From the NCBI RefSeq assembly GCF_001194135.2, contig NC_068996.1, positions 52,285,613 to 52,349,612 on the forward strand: a stretch of DNA of 64,000 nt, in the 5' to 3' direction. Below are positions 47,866-59,239 of the stretch, in pieces. Made by a program: the position numbers and the translations under genes. The notes beneath the pieces are model-generated. The model had not been told where the DNA came from. It was given only the letters and a program-made list of their open reading frames with translations, and made no database searches. Numbering within the stretch: the stretch's first letter is position 1; the number at the start of each line of letters is the position of its first letter. Source of the stretch: Octopus bimaculoides (taxonomy: Eukaryota).

Positions 47866-49103
47866 ACTAGCAGAAATACCCGGCGTTGCCCGGGTTAAAG
47901 AGAATAATGAAATCTAAAAACGCCGTCTAGACTACGCATCATCTTTATATATAGAGATGTATATACACACACGCACCCAAACACACGTATATATATATGT
48001 ATATCAATATAAATATATGAAAGTCAATGAAGTTTTGTAAAAGAAGGTGATCATGTACATACTTTCTTGCTGTTGTGATTATAACACCTCATTGTAAACT
48101 ATGTTCCTTGTTTTCCCTTGTGGAGCATATACAAATAGGTTTTTTGTTGCTGCCCACTCTTGAGCAGCCAACATACAGTTGTCCATGTGAGAAGCAGGGC
48201 TCTTCCAAGAGAAGACCAGCTNNNNNNNNNNNNNNNNNNNNNNNNNNNNNNNNNNNNNNNNNNNNNNNNNNNNNNNNNNNNNNNNNNNNNNNNNNNNNNN
48301 NNNNNNNNNNNNNNNNNNNNNNNNNNNNNNNNNNNNNNNNNNNNNNNNNNNNNNNNNNNNNNNNNNNNNNNNNNNNNNNNNNNNNNNNNNNNNNNNNNNN
48401 NNNNNNNNNNNNNNNNNNNNNNNNNNNNNNNNNNNNNNNNNNNNNNNNNNNNNNNNNNNNNNNNNNNNNNNNNNNNNNNNNNNNNNNNNNNNNNNNNNNN
48501 NNNNNNNNNNNNNNNNNNNNNNNNNNNNNNNNNNNNNNNNNNNNNNNNNNNNNNNNNNNNNNNNNNNNNNNNNNNNNNNNNNNNNNNNNNNNNNNNNNNN
48601 NNNNNNNNNNNNNNNNNNNNNNNNNNNNNNNNNNNNNNNNNNNNNNNNNNNNNNNNNNNNNNNNNNNNNNNNNNNNNNNNNNNNNNNNNNNNNNNNNNNN
48701 NNNNNNNNNNNNNNNNNNNNNNNNNNNNNNNNNNNNNNNNNNNNNNNNNNNNNNNNNNNNNNNNNNNNNNNNNNNNNNNNNNNNNNNNNNNNNNNNNNNN
48801 NNNNNNNNNNNNNNNNNNAGTATCGAAATGTGATTGTTTCAGTTAGTGGAATAGTTTCATTTTTAAAGTGAAAGTATTTGACATGAGTGTTTTTGCTTCA
48901 CTTTTGACACGTAATACTTAAATAGTGGAGGAGATATTATGTTGCCGTGGGCTCGAACTCTGCAAGAAGTTAATAATTTTTTTGACTAAAACACAACTGG
49001 AACCCTAAGTAAGGCATGTGTAAAATTTGAATGGAATTGGTTGCGTAGTTCTCGAGTTTTAGGGATTCACACAGACAGACAGACAGACACACATTCTCAT
49101 TTT

Positions 49104-49110
<7 letters not shown>
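47866..49110 (+). mobile_element. Helitron/Helentron-like non-autonomous element
   Basis: ACTAGCAG plus palindrome cccggcgttgcccggg; 3' (CAGA)n and tttttatatat. Confidence 0.6.
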
Positions 49111-49144
<34 letters not shown>

Positions 49145-49579
49145 TATCATTATCATCATCGCTTAACATCGGTGTGTGTAGTTATTTATTCATTGATTGA
49201 TTTAGATAAAATAATTGACTCAGAATGTGAAATTAGTGAGGAAAAAATCGCCTGATTGTTTAGCTACTTGACTCTGGGTGATAAGCTTCCGAGTACAGTT
49301 TGTTTTGTTGGTAGTTCAGCTCACATAATGAGATTGGCAGCTTACAACTGGGAGGTAACTTCAGCAAAGTGCGAGGGATTACTCTCCCTTTGTTCTACTT
49401 CAAGATCCTAATAATTAAAATATCAGGAAAATTTTCTTTCTCATACGAAATTTTCAATGAAGCAATTATATTGTTTACGCAAGCAAATATGAAATCTTCA
49501 AAATGTGTTGATACCTCCTTTGTTTGTAAACCACACGCATACACACACATATAAAATATATATTTATATACATACATAC

Positions 49580-49770
49580 ATATCTTTTACATCTTTCAGT
49601 CATTTGACTGCAGCCATGCTGAGGCGCCGCCTTGGAGGGTTTTTGAACAAATCGATTCCAAGACTTATTTTATCAATATCTTTTGCTGAACTGCTAAGTT
49701 ACGGGCACATAAACACACCAGCACCGGTTTTCAAGTAGCGATGGTGGGGACAAACAAAGACACACACAGT
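49580..49770 (-). mobile_element. SINE 3' part
   Basis: tttcagtcatttgactgcagccatgctg...gggacaaacaaagacacac. Confidence 0.75.
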
Positions 49771-49774
49771 GTGC

Positions 49775-51985
49775 CGGAGAGAATCATGATGCCATAAGAG
49801 AGAAATGTGTCTGCATGGATGATGGCTCACTTGTATTTAGTGATGCTGCAAAGAGAGAGACTTGGAGATGCCATTATGAAAGGTTGCTAAATGAAGAGAA
49901 TGAATGGGAGAAAGAGAATCTGCCAAATATTGACCCAACAGAAGGACCAGCTATTCGAATTGACAGTACCTTAGAAGATAAAGCAAGGGAAAGGCCCCAG
50001 CCTATCAAGAATAACTGCAGAGATGCTTAAAATATCTGGTAGTGTAGGCCAGTGCTACTCAAAGTGGTGGTCCGCAGGCCAGTGCTACTCATAGTGGTGG
50101 TCCACAGACCAGTGCTGGTCCGTGAGCCATCAGCTGCCGGTATGTGGCAAGTTTCCAGAAAAGAAAGAAACATTATGAAATGCTTATGTAATATTGTATT
50201 ATTTGTATACAATGTAAATATACGATAAAAAAAATTGTCAACTTTTGTTATATTCATTATATATATTATTTTTGGTATAAATTAATATTACTAAGAAATA
50301 TTACCGGTCCGACACATAGGAAAAAAAAATTCCGGTACATCACAACTGATAGTTTCAGAAGCACTGGTGTAGGCTATAGTCTAATCATCTGTATAGTCAA
50401 CCAGGTGATACATAGAGTCATACCCAATGACTGGTGTAGCAGCACCATAGTCAACTGCTACAAAAGTAAAGGTGACACATTAGATAGGAATAATTACAGA
50501 GGTATCAAATTGTTAGATCAAATGATGAAAGTTACAGAGAGGGTCATAGCCCAATTAATTAGGGAGAGAGTCAGTTTAGATGAGATGCAGATTGGATTCA
50601 TGCCAGTGAAAAGCACCACTGATGCTATATTTCTGGTAAGACAGCTACAGAAGAAATTTCTTGCCAAAGATAAACCTCTGCACTTGGCTTTCATTGACAT
50701 AGAGAAAGCCTTTGACAGAGTCCCCTGATCCCTCATCTGGTGGTCAATGTAGAAACTAGGGATAGATGAGTGGTTAGTGAGAGCTGTGCGAGCCATGTAC
50801 AGGGATGCCGTCAGTAAGGTCAGGGTTGGCAACGAGTATAGTATACTGGGTAGAAGTAGGGGTCCACCAAGGTTCAGTCCTCAGCCCCCTCTTATTCATA
50901 GTTTGCCAGGCAATAACAGAGGAATTTAAGTCAGGCTGCCCCTGGGAGCTCCTCTATGCTGATGACCTTGCTCTAATAGCCGAGTCACTACCAGAATTAG
51001 AGAAGTTTCAGGTGTGGAAGCAAGGTCTAGAATCAAAGGGCCTTAGAGTCAATCTAGTAAAAATCAAAGTCTTAGTAAGTAGGAAGGCAGATGAATCACA
51101 AATCCCTTCAGGTAGGTGGTCCTGCTCAATCAACAGAAAAGGTTCAGGTAGAAACTCCATAAGATGTACCCAGAGTAAGCTATGGACAGATAAGAGGTAC
51201 AGCAATATCAGAGGAAGGTTAACAGGAATGATAGTTTTTGTGTGTGGCAGATGCACAGGGGCAATAAACACTGAAGATGTACAGAAAACAGATTCCATCA
51301 CATGACAGGAGGGAAAAATAGAAGTAGCTGATAGCTTCCGTTACCTAGGTGACCAAGGCAATAGTGGGGATGAATGCCCTGAGAGTTTAGCTGCTAGAAT
51401 AAGAATATCCTGGGCAATGTTCAGAGAGTTCCTACCTCTGCTAGTAACAAATGCCCCTCACTCAGAGTGAAAGATAGACTGTATGATGCATGTGTGCGAA
51501 CAGCTGTACTACACAGCATTGAAACATGGGCTGTGTTTGCTGAGGACATGCATAGGCTTGAATGAAATTAAGCTAGTATGCTCCACTAGATATGCAATGT
51601 CAGTGTGCATACATGACAGAGTGTAAACGCCCTGAGAGAAAAGTTGGACATAAGATGCATCAGATGTGGTACACAAGAGAGACGACTGTTCTGGCATGGT
51701 CCTGTGTTGCATATGGATGAAGATAGCTGTGTGAGGAAGTGTCACATCCTAACAGTGGAAGGAACCTGTGGAAGAGATAGACCCAAGAAGACAAGGGATT
51801 TGGTGGTGAAACACGACCTTCAAACGGGCCTCATACAGGCAATGACAAGCAACCTAGACCTTTGGAAATATGCTGTGCTTGAGAAGACCCAGGAAGCCAA
51901 GTGAGATCGTAGCCATGGCCAATGCCAGTGTCACATAACCAGCCCATTTTAAAATTACCCTTCTATCGTCAGGCAATATGCTAAG
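49775..51985 (+). mobile_element. RTE LINE, 5'-truncated, with a nested hAT MITE
   Basis: IPNDWCSSTIVNCYK, NYRGIKLL, EKAFDRVP, HQGSVLSPLLF, LLYADDL and C-terminal motifs. Confidence 0.95.
50050..50366. mobile_element. hAT MITE with a perfect 8-bp TSD
   Basis: GTGTAGGC|CAGTGCT...AGCACTG|GTGTAGGC; first 30 bp tandemly duplicated. Confidence 0.9.
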
Positions 51986-52176
51986 CTTGAAAAGACTTGT
52001 GCCTCAGTCGGAAACTTTCTAGATGCAATCCCATGGTCACTCATGACCGAAGAGGGTCTTCGCCCTTTACCCTTTACCTCAATAAGGATTTCTCTTATAA
52101 CCACTTTTGATGCTGAGGCACTGACCTTGGTGGAAGAAGTTGGAGTTTAAGTTCACATTCATTTAGCTGCAGTTTA

Positions 52177-53020
52177 TGAGGGTTGGCTGAAAAGTTTATT
52201 GACTGACCAAGATTGTCACATGGAATGTGAAATTTATTTTCCAACGTAGACCTCTTTGCAGTCGACACACTTCTTCCATCGGTGTTGCAGTGTTTGGATC
52301 CCACAGGTGAAGAAGCATTCCTCCTGTTGCTCAAAAAAAGTCAGCAACAGCATATATAACATCATCACCACTGCGATACTGGTTCCCAACGGTTTTTTCA
52401 TGTTGGGTAACAGATGATAGTCAGATGGGGACAAATCAGGAGAATAGAGAACTGGTCGATCAACCAGTTGAAAGCCACACTCATGCACAGCAGCCATTAA
52501 AGCCATAGATTTTTGCGCTGAATCATTGCCCTGATGAAACACGACTCCTTTTGTTAGTTTTCCTGGACGTTTTGTCTTGAGAGCCTTTCGCAACTGCCTC
52601 AGCATGTTGGCATAGTACTCTCCATTGATTGTGTGGTCCCTTTGAAGATAGCCAATAAACACAATGCCCTTTACATTCCAAAAACCTGAAGTCATTACCC
52701 TCACTGCAAAGGAAACAACCTTGGCCTTCTCAGGATCAGGTGAGGAGGGTGTTTTTCCTGAATGGATTGTCTCTTTGTCTCTGACTTAAAGTGATGAAGC
52801 TAACATCTGTCCTGGGTTAGGAAAAATTCAAGGAAACCAGCTGGATCTGCTTCAAACAGTGTCAGATTTTCCTGTGACGGAATCAGCCTGGTGCGCTTTT
52901 GATCAGATGTCAGAAGACATGGCACCAATTGAGCAGAAACATTCATCATGCCAAGTTCATTGTGCAGAATATTATCAACTCTCTCATGGGATTAGCATTA
53001 TCTACTTGATTTATAGTCAG
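52177..53020 (-). mobile_element. mariner element, transposase pseudogene with right TIR
   Basis: ORF 52234-52704 (TINGEYY, YSPDLSPSDYHL); upstream VPCLLTSDQKRTRL; TA|TGAGGGTTGGCTGAAAAG terminus. Confidence 0.92.
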
Positions 53021-53286
53021 TTGCCTGTAGATGCCAATTAAAACGGAATTTGTTGTGAAATATTTTTCTGGGGGTGAGGAAAGAGAGGAGTTTTGGAAAA
53101 TTCACATGAACTGTCAGTTCCCTAATTACTTCCAGAAAAATATCATTCAGATGGTGTAAATTATGATTATATCTAAATTTAATGTGGAAAAAAAAATGAT
53201 GGACACGCATACGTCCTAATATACATCACAATATCTAGAAAATGAAACATGAAATTTTGAGAAAAAAAATTAGATGTCTGTCAGTA

Positions 53287-53317
<31 letters not shown>

Positions 53318-54459
53318 GCCCACCATCTTTTTTTTTTTCTTTAAATTAAATTCCTAGGTAATCGCAGCCTACAGCAGCTGAAAGGAATTTGTAGGAAATT
53401 TCATTAAAAACATGGGAGGAGAGGGGGAGGGGAAAATGAGTAATCTCTGATTTCTTGTTATTTTCTCACCACCTATTTGAAATCATTATATTGCAAGTAT
53501 TGCATCATTATTTTGTACTGTTGCATTATCTTTAGGATTAAAAATTGGTCAGCATAGTTGTTGAAGTTGAGGGAGTCCAAGACATAGTCAGGTGACAGGT
53601 ACTTTTTCAAGAAATGTTCCCTCAACTTTGACCCGGTTGTAATTGAGGTTGCTAATAAAATATCTGTATAATTTTTGCTGTTTAACAATCAATATTCTTT
53701 TCTCTGCTGGATTCCAAGTCAATTTTTCCCCATACTAATATATAATTCGATAATTATTTTCAAGTGTCAAAAAAAATGATGTCTAAAAAAGGGGTAAAAT
53801 GAGTAACGACTAATTTTAATTATTTCTTCTCTTTAACTGGATGGTGCGTAAATTACATCAGGAAGAGAGTCACTCCAGCAGATCGTGAAGAAAGCTCGAG
53901 AAGATATTTTACGTTGAATTTTTAGATTTAGTCGAGTTTAGTTAATTTCATATCATGTGCCGTTTTTCCATGACCTTCTTTCATTTGACCTAGATATCTT
54001 AAATTTTCGTTGCATTTCTCATCTTTCCGGTGTCTAGGGATAAATACTGATGTGTATGGGTTGGTTTTCTGGAGAATTGAAAAGGCAAATTTACCTTATC
54101 TTTGTTTACCTATTTTGCCCCAGCCAAATTTGTCTTTTATATGCTCAAAGAGAACGGTGATAATTTTCTGAAATAGTGATCAGATTATGTTATAATGCTT
54201 TTAAGGAAGACCATTAGCTCAGCTGATTAGGATTTTGTTTTTAAGTCTAAAATCCAGTAAAAACACCTCGTTTGCCTCACACTACCTTTATTTTTCTGAA
54301 AGTTATGAGGAAACAAAGGCAATGGTAGAATACACTCGAGTAGGAGCCAAATAAGGGATATCAACTATGTATACGTTTATCCTTACGGTTTTAATAGAAA
54401 CAGCGTACATTTATTAGCGATTTTAAACGGTTTGTAGAGACAAGAGAAATCTTAACAAT

Positions 54460-55311
54460 CAGGGTGTCCACAAAGTATGGGTACATAGAGTAAATAAAAT
54501 CATAACATAAACAATTAAATATAAGAAATAATAATTTCTTATAGTATGCGTTAATCCCCATGTGGGTACATGGAGTAAATAAAATCATAAGATAAACAAT
54601 TAGATATAACAAATAATTTCTTAAAGTATGTATTAATCCTCATGTGGCATAACTACAGGGTTTTACCCCCCCCCCAGATTTTAGGAGGTCATAACTTTCA
54701 GAAAAATGAATATTTTTTAATGAAATTTTCTATGCATATAGTATTTACTATGTAGAATCCGAATATACAAAAATTTCCGGTGAAAGTGTTTTGGAATGGG
54801 GGTGGGGGACAATTTTCGGAAATTCCAACAGAGTCCACTTAAATTCTTCTTAACTTCCAGGAAAATTAATATTTGTTCGTGAAATTTTCTACAACTATAC
54901 CTTGATGTATGTACATTTCGAGCATGTAGGAATTTTGAAGGAAACAACTGCAGGTTATTTTTGAGAAGCGTTCCCCACTCGGTGGTGTTTCGGAGCAAGT
55001 CGTCCATATTTGTTTCATTTTTCTCTATTATGTGCGTATGTGCATCCGTAGATTTCTAATGAAGTAATACGCTGCTTCTGTTCTCTACTAGAAACGTTTA
55101 CTTTGGAATTTACTTCTATTGAGAAAAAAAAATCATGTTCATGTTATTTTTAACCTAAGTTTTCTTATGACGGCTTCTCTTTTCTGCTTATTACTTCAAT
55201 AGAAATCTACGGATGCACATACGCACATAATAGAGAAAAATGAAACAATTATGGACGACTTTCTCCGAAACACCACCGAGTGGGGAACGCTTCTACTTTG
55301 TGGACACCCTG
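54460..55311. mobile_element. Tc1/mariner-type non-autonomous element with internal tandem and inverted repeats
   Basis: 18-bp TIR cagggtgtccacaaagta / tactttgtggacaccctg; about 86-bp tandem at 54476-54645; about 95-bp inverted pair 54964-55058 / 55200-55294. Confidence 0.8.
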
Positions 55312-56115
55312 TAAAATTATACTCCATAGATCAATGTATAGCACCTGTTGCATGTCATTGACAGAAACAATATGATAAAGAAAAGCACCAAGCTGAAGTT
55401 GGTAAACAAACCGGTGGAGACAGAACGGAGCACCAGCTGCAGCCGTAAACCGATTATTGCAATCGTTCATGCTTTGTTTACTGATGAAACACAAGAAAAA
55501 CTTTCTCTTTTACACATTTTATAATACAATAATTTAATCGAAATTTTTTAAAATGAGGTAAATAAAAAATATCGACTTCTAAATCTGCAAGATAGATGAA
55601 GTAAACAGAAACAGTAAAAACCAATTTTTGGCAATGTTTTACTCGCATGTTAAACAATGAATATTTTTGGAACTTTACTTTGTGTTGTGGGACACGGGGA
55701 TATTTTAATTTAGTGTTGTCTTTTCTCCCAAGGAAACACAATGCTTTTAATCAAATAGAATTATCTACTAATATTCTAAGCATTTTCCCAAATCTTTGAA
55801 TATCGATTCATTTAACAGATAAAAATCACAAATGGTCCCAAAGCAAGTTTTGGAAAGAATTACAAGAACTATTCTTACTATTATGCTATTATTATAAATA
55901 AGTCTATACAAGTGCTTTTTTTCCTCTCTCGCANNNNNNNNNNNNNNNNNNNNNNNNNNNNNNNNNNNNNNNNNNNNNNNNNNNNNNNNNNNNNNNNNNN
56001 NNNNNNNNNNNNNNNNNNNNNNNNNNNNNNNNNNNNNNNNNNNNNNNNNNNNNNNNNNNNNNNNNNNNNNNNNNNNNNNNNNNNNNNNNNNNNNNNNNNN
56101 NNNNNATATATAATT

Positions 56116-56244
56116 ATGGGCACTTTACACGATCTTGTCTTGCATGTAATAGATAAGTTCAAAGACCGGGTTGCAGTGATATACGATGATGAATTGGAGA
56201 ATTCTGTTATTACATATAATGATCTTCATAAATTATCTAAACAG
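56116..56244 (+). CDS. AASDH: First coding exon of beta-alanine-activating enzyme / acyl-CoA synthetase family member 4 (NRPS-like)
   Basis: MGTLHDLVLHVIDKFKDRVAVIYDDELENSVITYNDLHKLSKQ resembles my recollection of the human AASDH N-terminus (MTLQELVH...MDRVAVCFD...YYTY); phase-0 donor CAG|gtaaaa. A gap lies immediately upstream. Confidence 0.7.
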
Positions 56245-56517
56245 GTAAAACTGATGCTATTATTATCGTTTTTGTTGTTGTTCCTGTTTATTCGTAACTT
56301 CCTAAATTTCCTGCTTAACTGATAATGTTTATACAGTTTTCTTTGTTTTTGTTTTGTTTCTCTTTATTCAATGTTTTGCTGGTTCTTTAAACTTAAATCA
56401 ACCACTACACGTTCTTTACTGTATTTATTTTTCTTTAAACACCTAGATTTAATTTGTTATAATAACTATTATTTGTTTTAAATGTTTTTTTTTTAAATAA
56501 ATTAATTACCTTTTAAC

Positions 56518-56686
56518 GAGGGCCGTCTTAGAAGCATTAAAGGTCCCCGGGCAAGTCAGTGCACTGGGCCCTGTAGGATTTATATATTGACAGCAAATCA
56601 CAGCATGCATAGAACAAAATTAATCCCCTAGACCCGTGAGGCCTCCGGGCAACTGCCCAGTATGTCCAAGCTTTAAAACGGCGCTG
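56518..56686. mobile_element. hAT-like MITE with 8-bp TSD
   Basis: TSD cttttaac / cttttagc; TIR agggccgtctta / taaaacggcgctg. Confidence 0.65.
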
Positions 56687-58039
56687 CTTTTAGCCAATTT
56701 GTTTCGAATATTTACACCATAATTTCACCAGGCGAGTGCGTTATCATTGTGCATATTTTATTTAATGATATGAAATAGGAAATCTTTATCGTATTTAATA
56801 AAGCTAAAACACATGCGACTAATATTGTTCATTTCAAACAAAACTTGTTCATTGTGCATTTTGTTTCCAATGTTGATAATATTCTAGTTCGCGAATCGAT
56901 CTTCGAACTTCACAGTTGTGAAATGAATCCTTTGTTTGTTGACATTTTCTTATACAGCATCATCTACAAGTGTTTCATGCAATCCCGTTCTTGTTTGCGC
57001 GCACACCGACTGAAAGCCGTTTATATTTTTCCAAAATAATGTTTGTATTTCCTGTTGACAAACTTAATCTTAAATTTAGTTCCAAAGTAAAACGCGAAAA
57101 TATTGGTACGCTTTGGGGTGGGGGAAAAAAGATAACTGGTGGATAGAGAATCACAAGAAATTATTTGTTAAATTTGTCGTTTTGGTGGTAATTTCTTTCT
57201 TTTTGATATTTAAACAATTTTCCCAACTCTTGTATGTTAGTATTTACATATTAAAAACTTTCTTTGTGTATTATTAAACGTTCGATCATTACATTTGACA
57301 TCCCCTTCTCTTTTATTTCAAGATTTAATCTGAGGAGGGGCAGTTTCCCCATTATCCTAAATTGGAGATAGGATTAACAGGATAGAATCAGCGTGGCTAA
57401 AGGCCAGTCTGAATTGTTGCCGGTCAATAGATGACGTGAAAACGTGTATAGAAGAGGGATGTAATTTTCGGGATGGTGGGATAAGGAGAGGGGAATTTTG
57501 GAACAGCTGTTCCTTGAAAATTCCATGCCTCAAGGAAAAGTGAGAACTGGGGGAGAGAGAGGGGGGAAACCCTGAAATTATAGGGAAATACTGTTTTTCA
57601 GAAACCTAATTTCTGTTGCATGAGCCATGGGAATACTAAAAACGAAGTGTGTTTAAGAGATCCTTGTAGTTTCCTTTTCCTACAAAGTATGGGGCTTCGA
57701 GGGTCCACTACTCCAAAACAGTGTTGTTTTCGGAAGAATGAATTGAATAAAATGTTTATTTCTGGTTCTGTGGGATAAAACACTAAATGAAATTGGGAGG
57801 ATAGCGATGTATACAGCTTTAAAAGTGGAAAACACGACTGGCAAATTCAGCAAATATTCATATTGTATATATATTATTTATTCATTGAAAAAGAATACAA
57901 TTAACAAAAGTAAATACTAAGAAGAGAGAAAAAATTATTGCAAAGAAAAGAAAATATTGGAGTAAATAAACAAAAGAAAGAGGTATGCATACTCCATCAA
58001 TTATCACTCCAGAGGGCACTGGTGTTCCCCTCTAAAAGC

Positions 58040-58900
58040 TTTTGAGACACCTGAAACATGTGGAAGCTTGCAAAGCTGAAGTGATGAACCAGCCAGGCAT
58101 GTTCACTGATATTTCAGTATGCTGGGACACAAAGTCAAAAACTCCCTTGTCAGCAATCCAGTTCCTCTGAATATCTCAACAGCTAAAGACTGAAAGATGT
58201 AATTTACCAATCTATTGCAGTATTCCAATATTGCATTCCATTCAGTTATGGGTGCAATGATTGCCCTCTCCTCGCCTACAACATTAAGGATGTGTAAATA
58301 AGTAAAAGTGTTGCTATATGGCATCTTGTAGGGGCCATCTGCATGTAGCCCAGGGGCAGAGTGGGTCATTGACTCTCTTTCTCTATAGTCCCTGGACAAT
58401 CTCTCTAGTAACAGAGTTGAAGGGAATATTTACCCTAACAAAAGCTCATTTACTTAGGTATATCTCATTTTGGCAAGTAAACAACTTGCATCTAATCAGG
58501 ATGATAATCCATGAAAGACTTTGGAATCAAGGGGCTTTCTTACATCAACGTCACATTCCCCTGCATATCACATTTCTGACTCAGAGAATGATGGAGATGT
58601 AGAGCTCGTCTAAGACATTGATGTTTGCCATGGACAATGCATCAACCTGGTCTCCAGAAAATTTGGCTTTTACTGAAAATGATATCTTTAATAGTGATCA
58701 GGTCGATCAAAATGAGAGTCAAATATGTGCTTTGACTTCAAATTGTCCTAAACAGTCAATTTATCCTGCCCTGGAACTAACAATCCAAGCTCCTTCCACA
58801 ATTGTAGAGCTTTTAGCCATCACCCTATTGGAACTAATTTTGCAATTGACAAACCTAGTTTGAGCCAGCTTTGGTTGTTAGCAAAATATTTGGCCACTGG
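58040..58900 (-). pseudogene. Heavily decayed Gypsy pol relic (RNase H end and integrase)
   Basis: GDQVDALSMANIN and GPYKMPYSNTFTYL resemble ADALSR and GPLP.SNGFTYLL. Confidence 0.45.
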
Positions 58901-59239
58901 TCAGTTTCCATGCCTGTATGTAACCATAGCCTGTCAAAGAAAAGGCATCAAAGATAAAATTCCTAATGAGATTCCCATATGTTGTTTATCCAAAAATGTT
59001 TATGACAGTTGAAATTCTGATAAGTAAAACTGGTTTGTTCTCTTGTTTCTTTCACTGGCCAACTAGTTACTAATAAAGGTACATTCTTAATATTTCCACC
59101 AGAGATTTGAATTGCTAGTTGCTTTCTGAGGTTATCAATCCTTGGCAGAATCTTCTTTGATGTTTTATTTATATTTACATCTGAACACAGTGATTTTGGA
59201 TTCAATTCCTATGCTGTGAGTTGGTGTTTGTAACCCTGC

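Noticed and set aside
58103-58399. CR1/L2-type LINE 3' end (ITEWNA motif)
   Set aside because: Adjacent motifs fit a Gypsy integrase better; kept as a Gypsy relic at low confidence.
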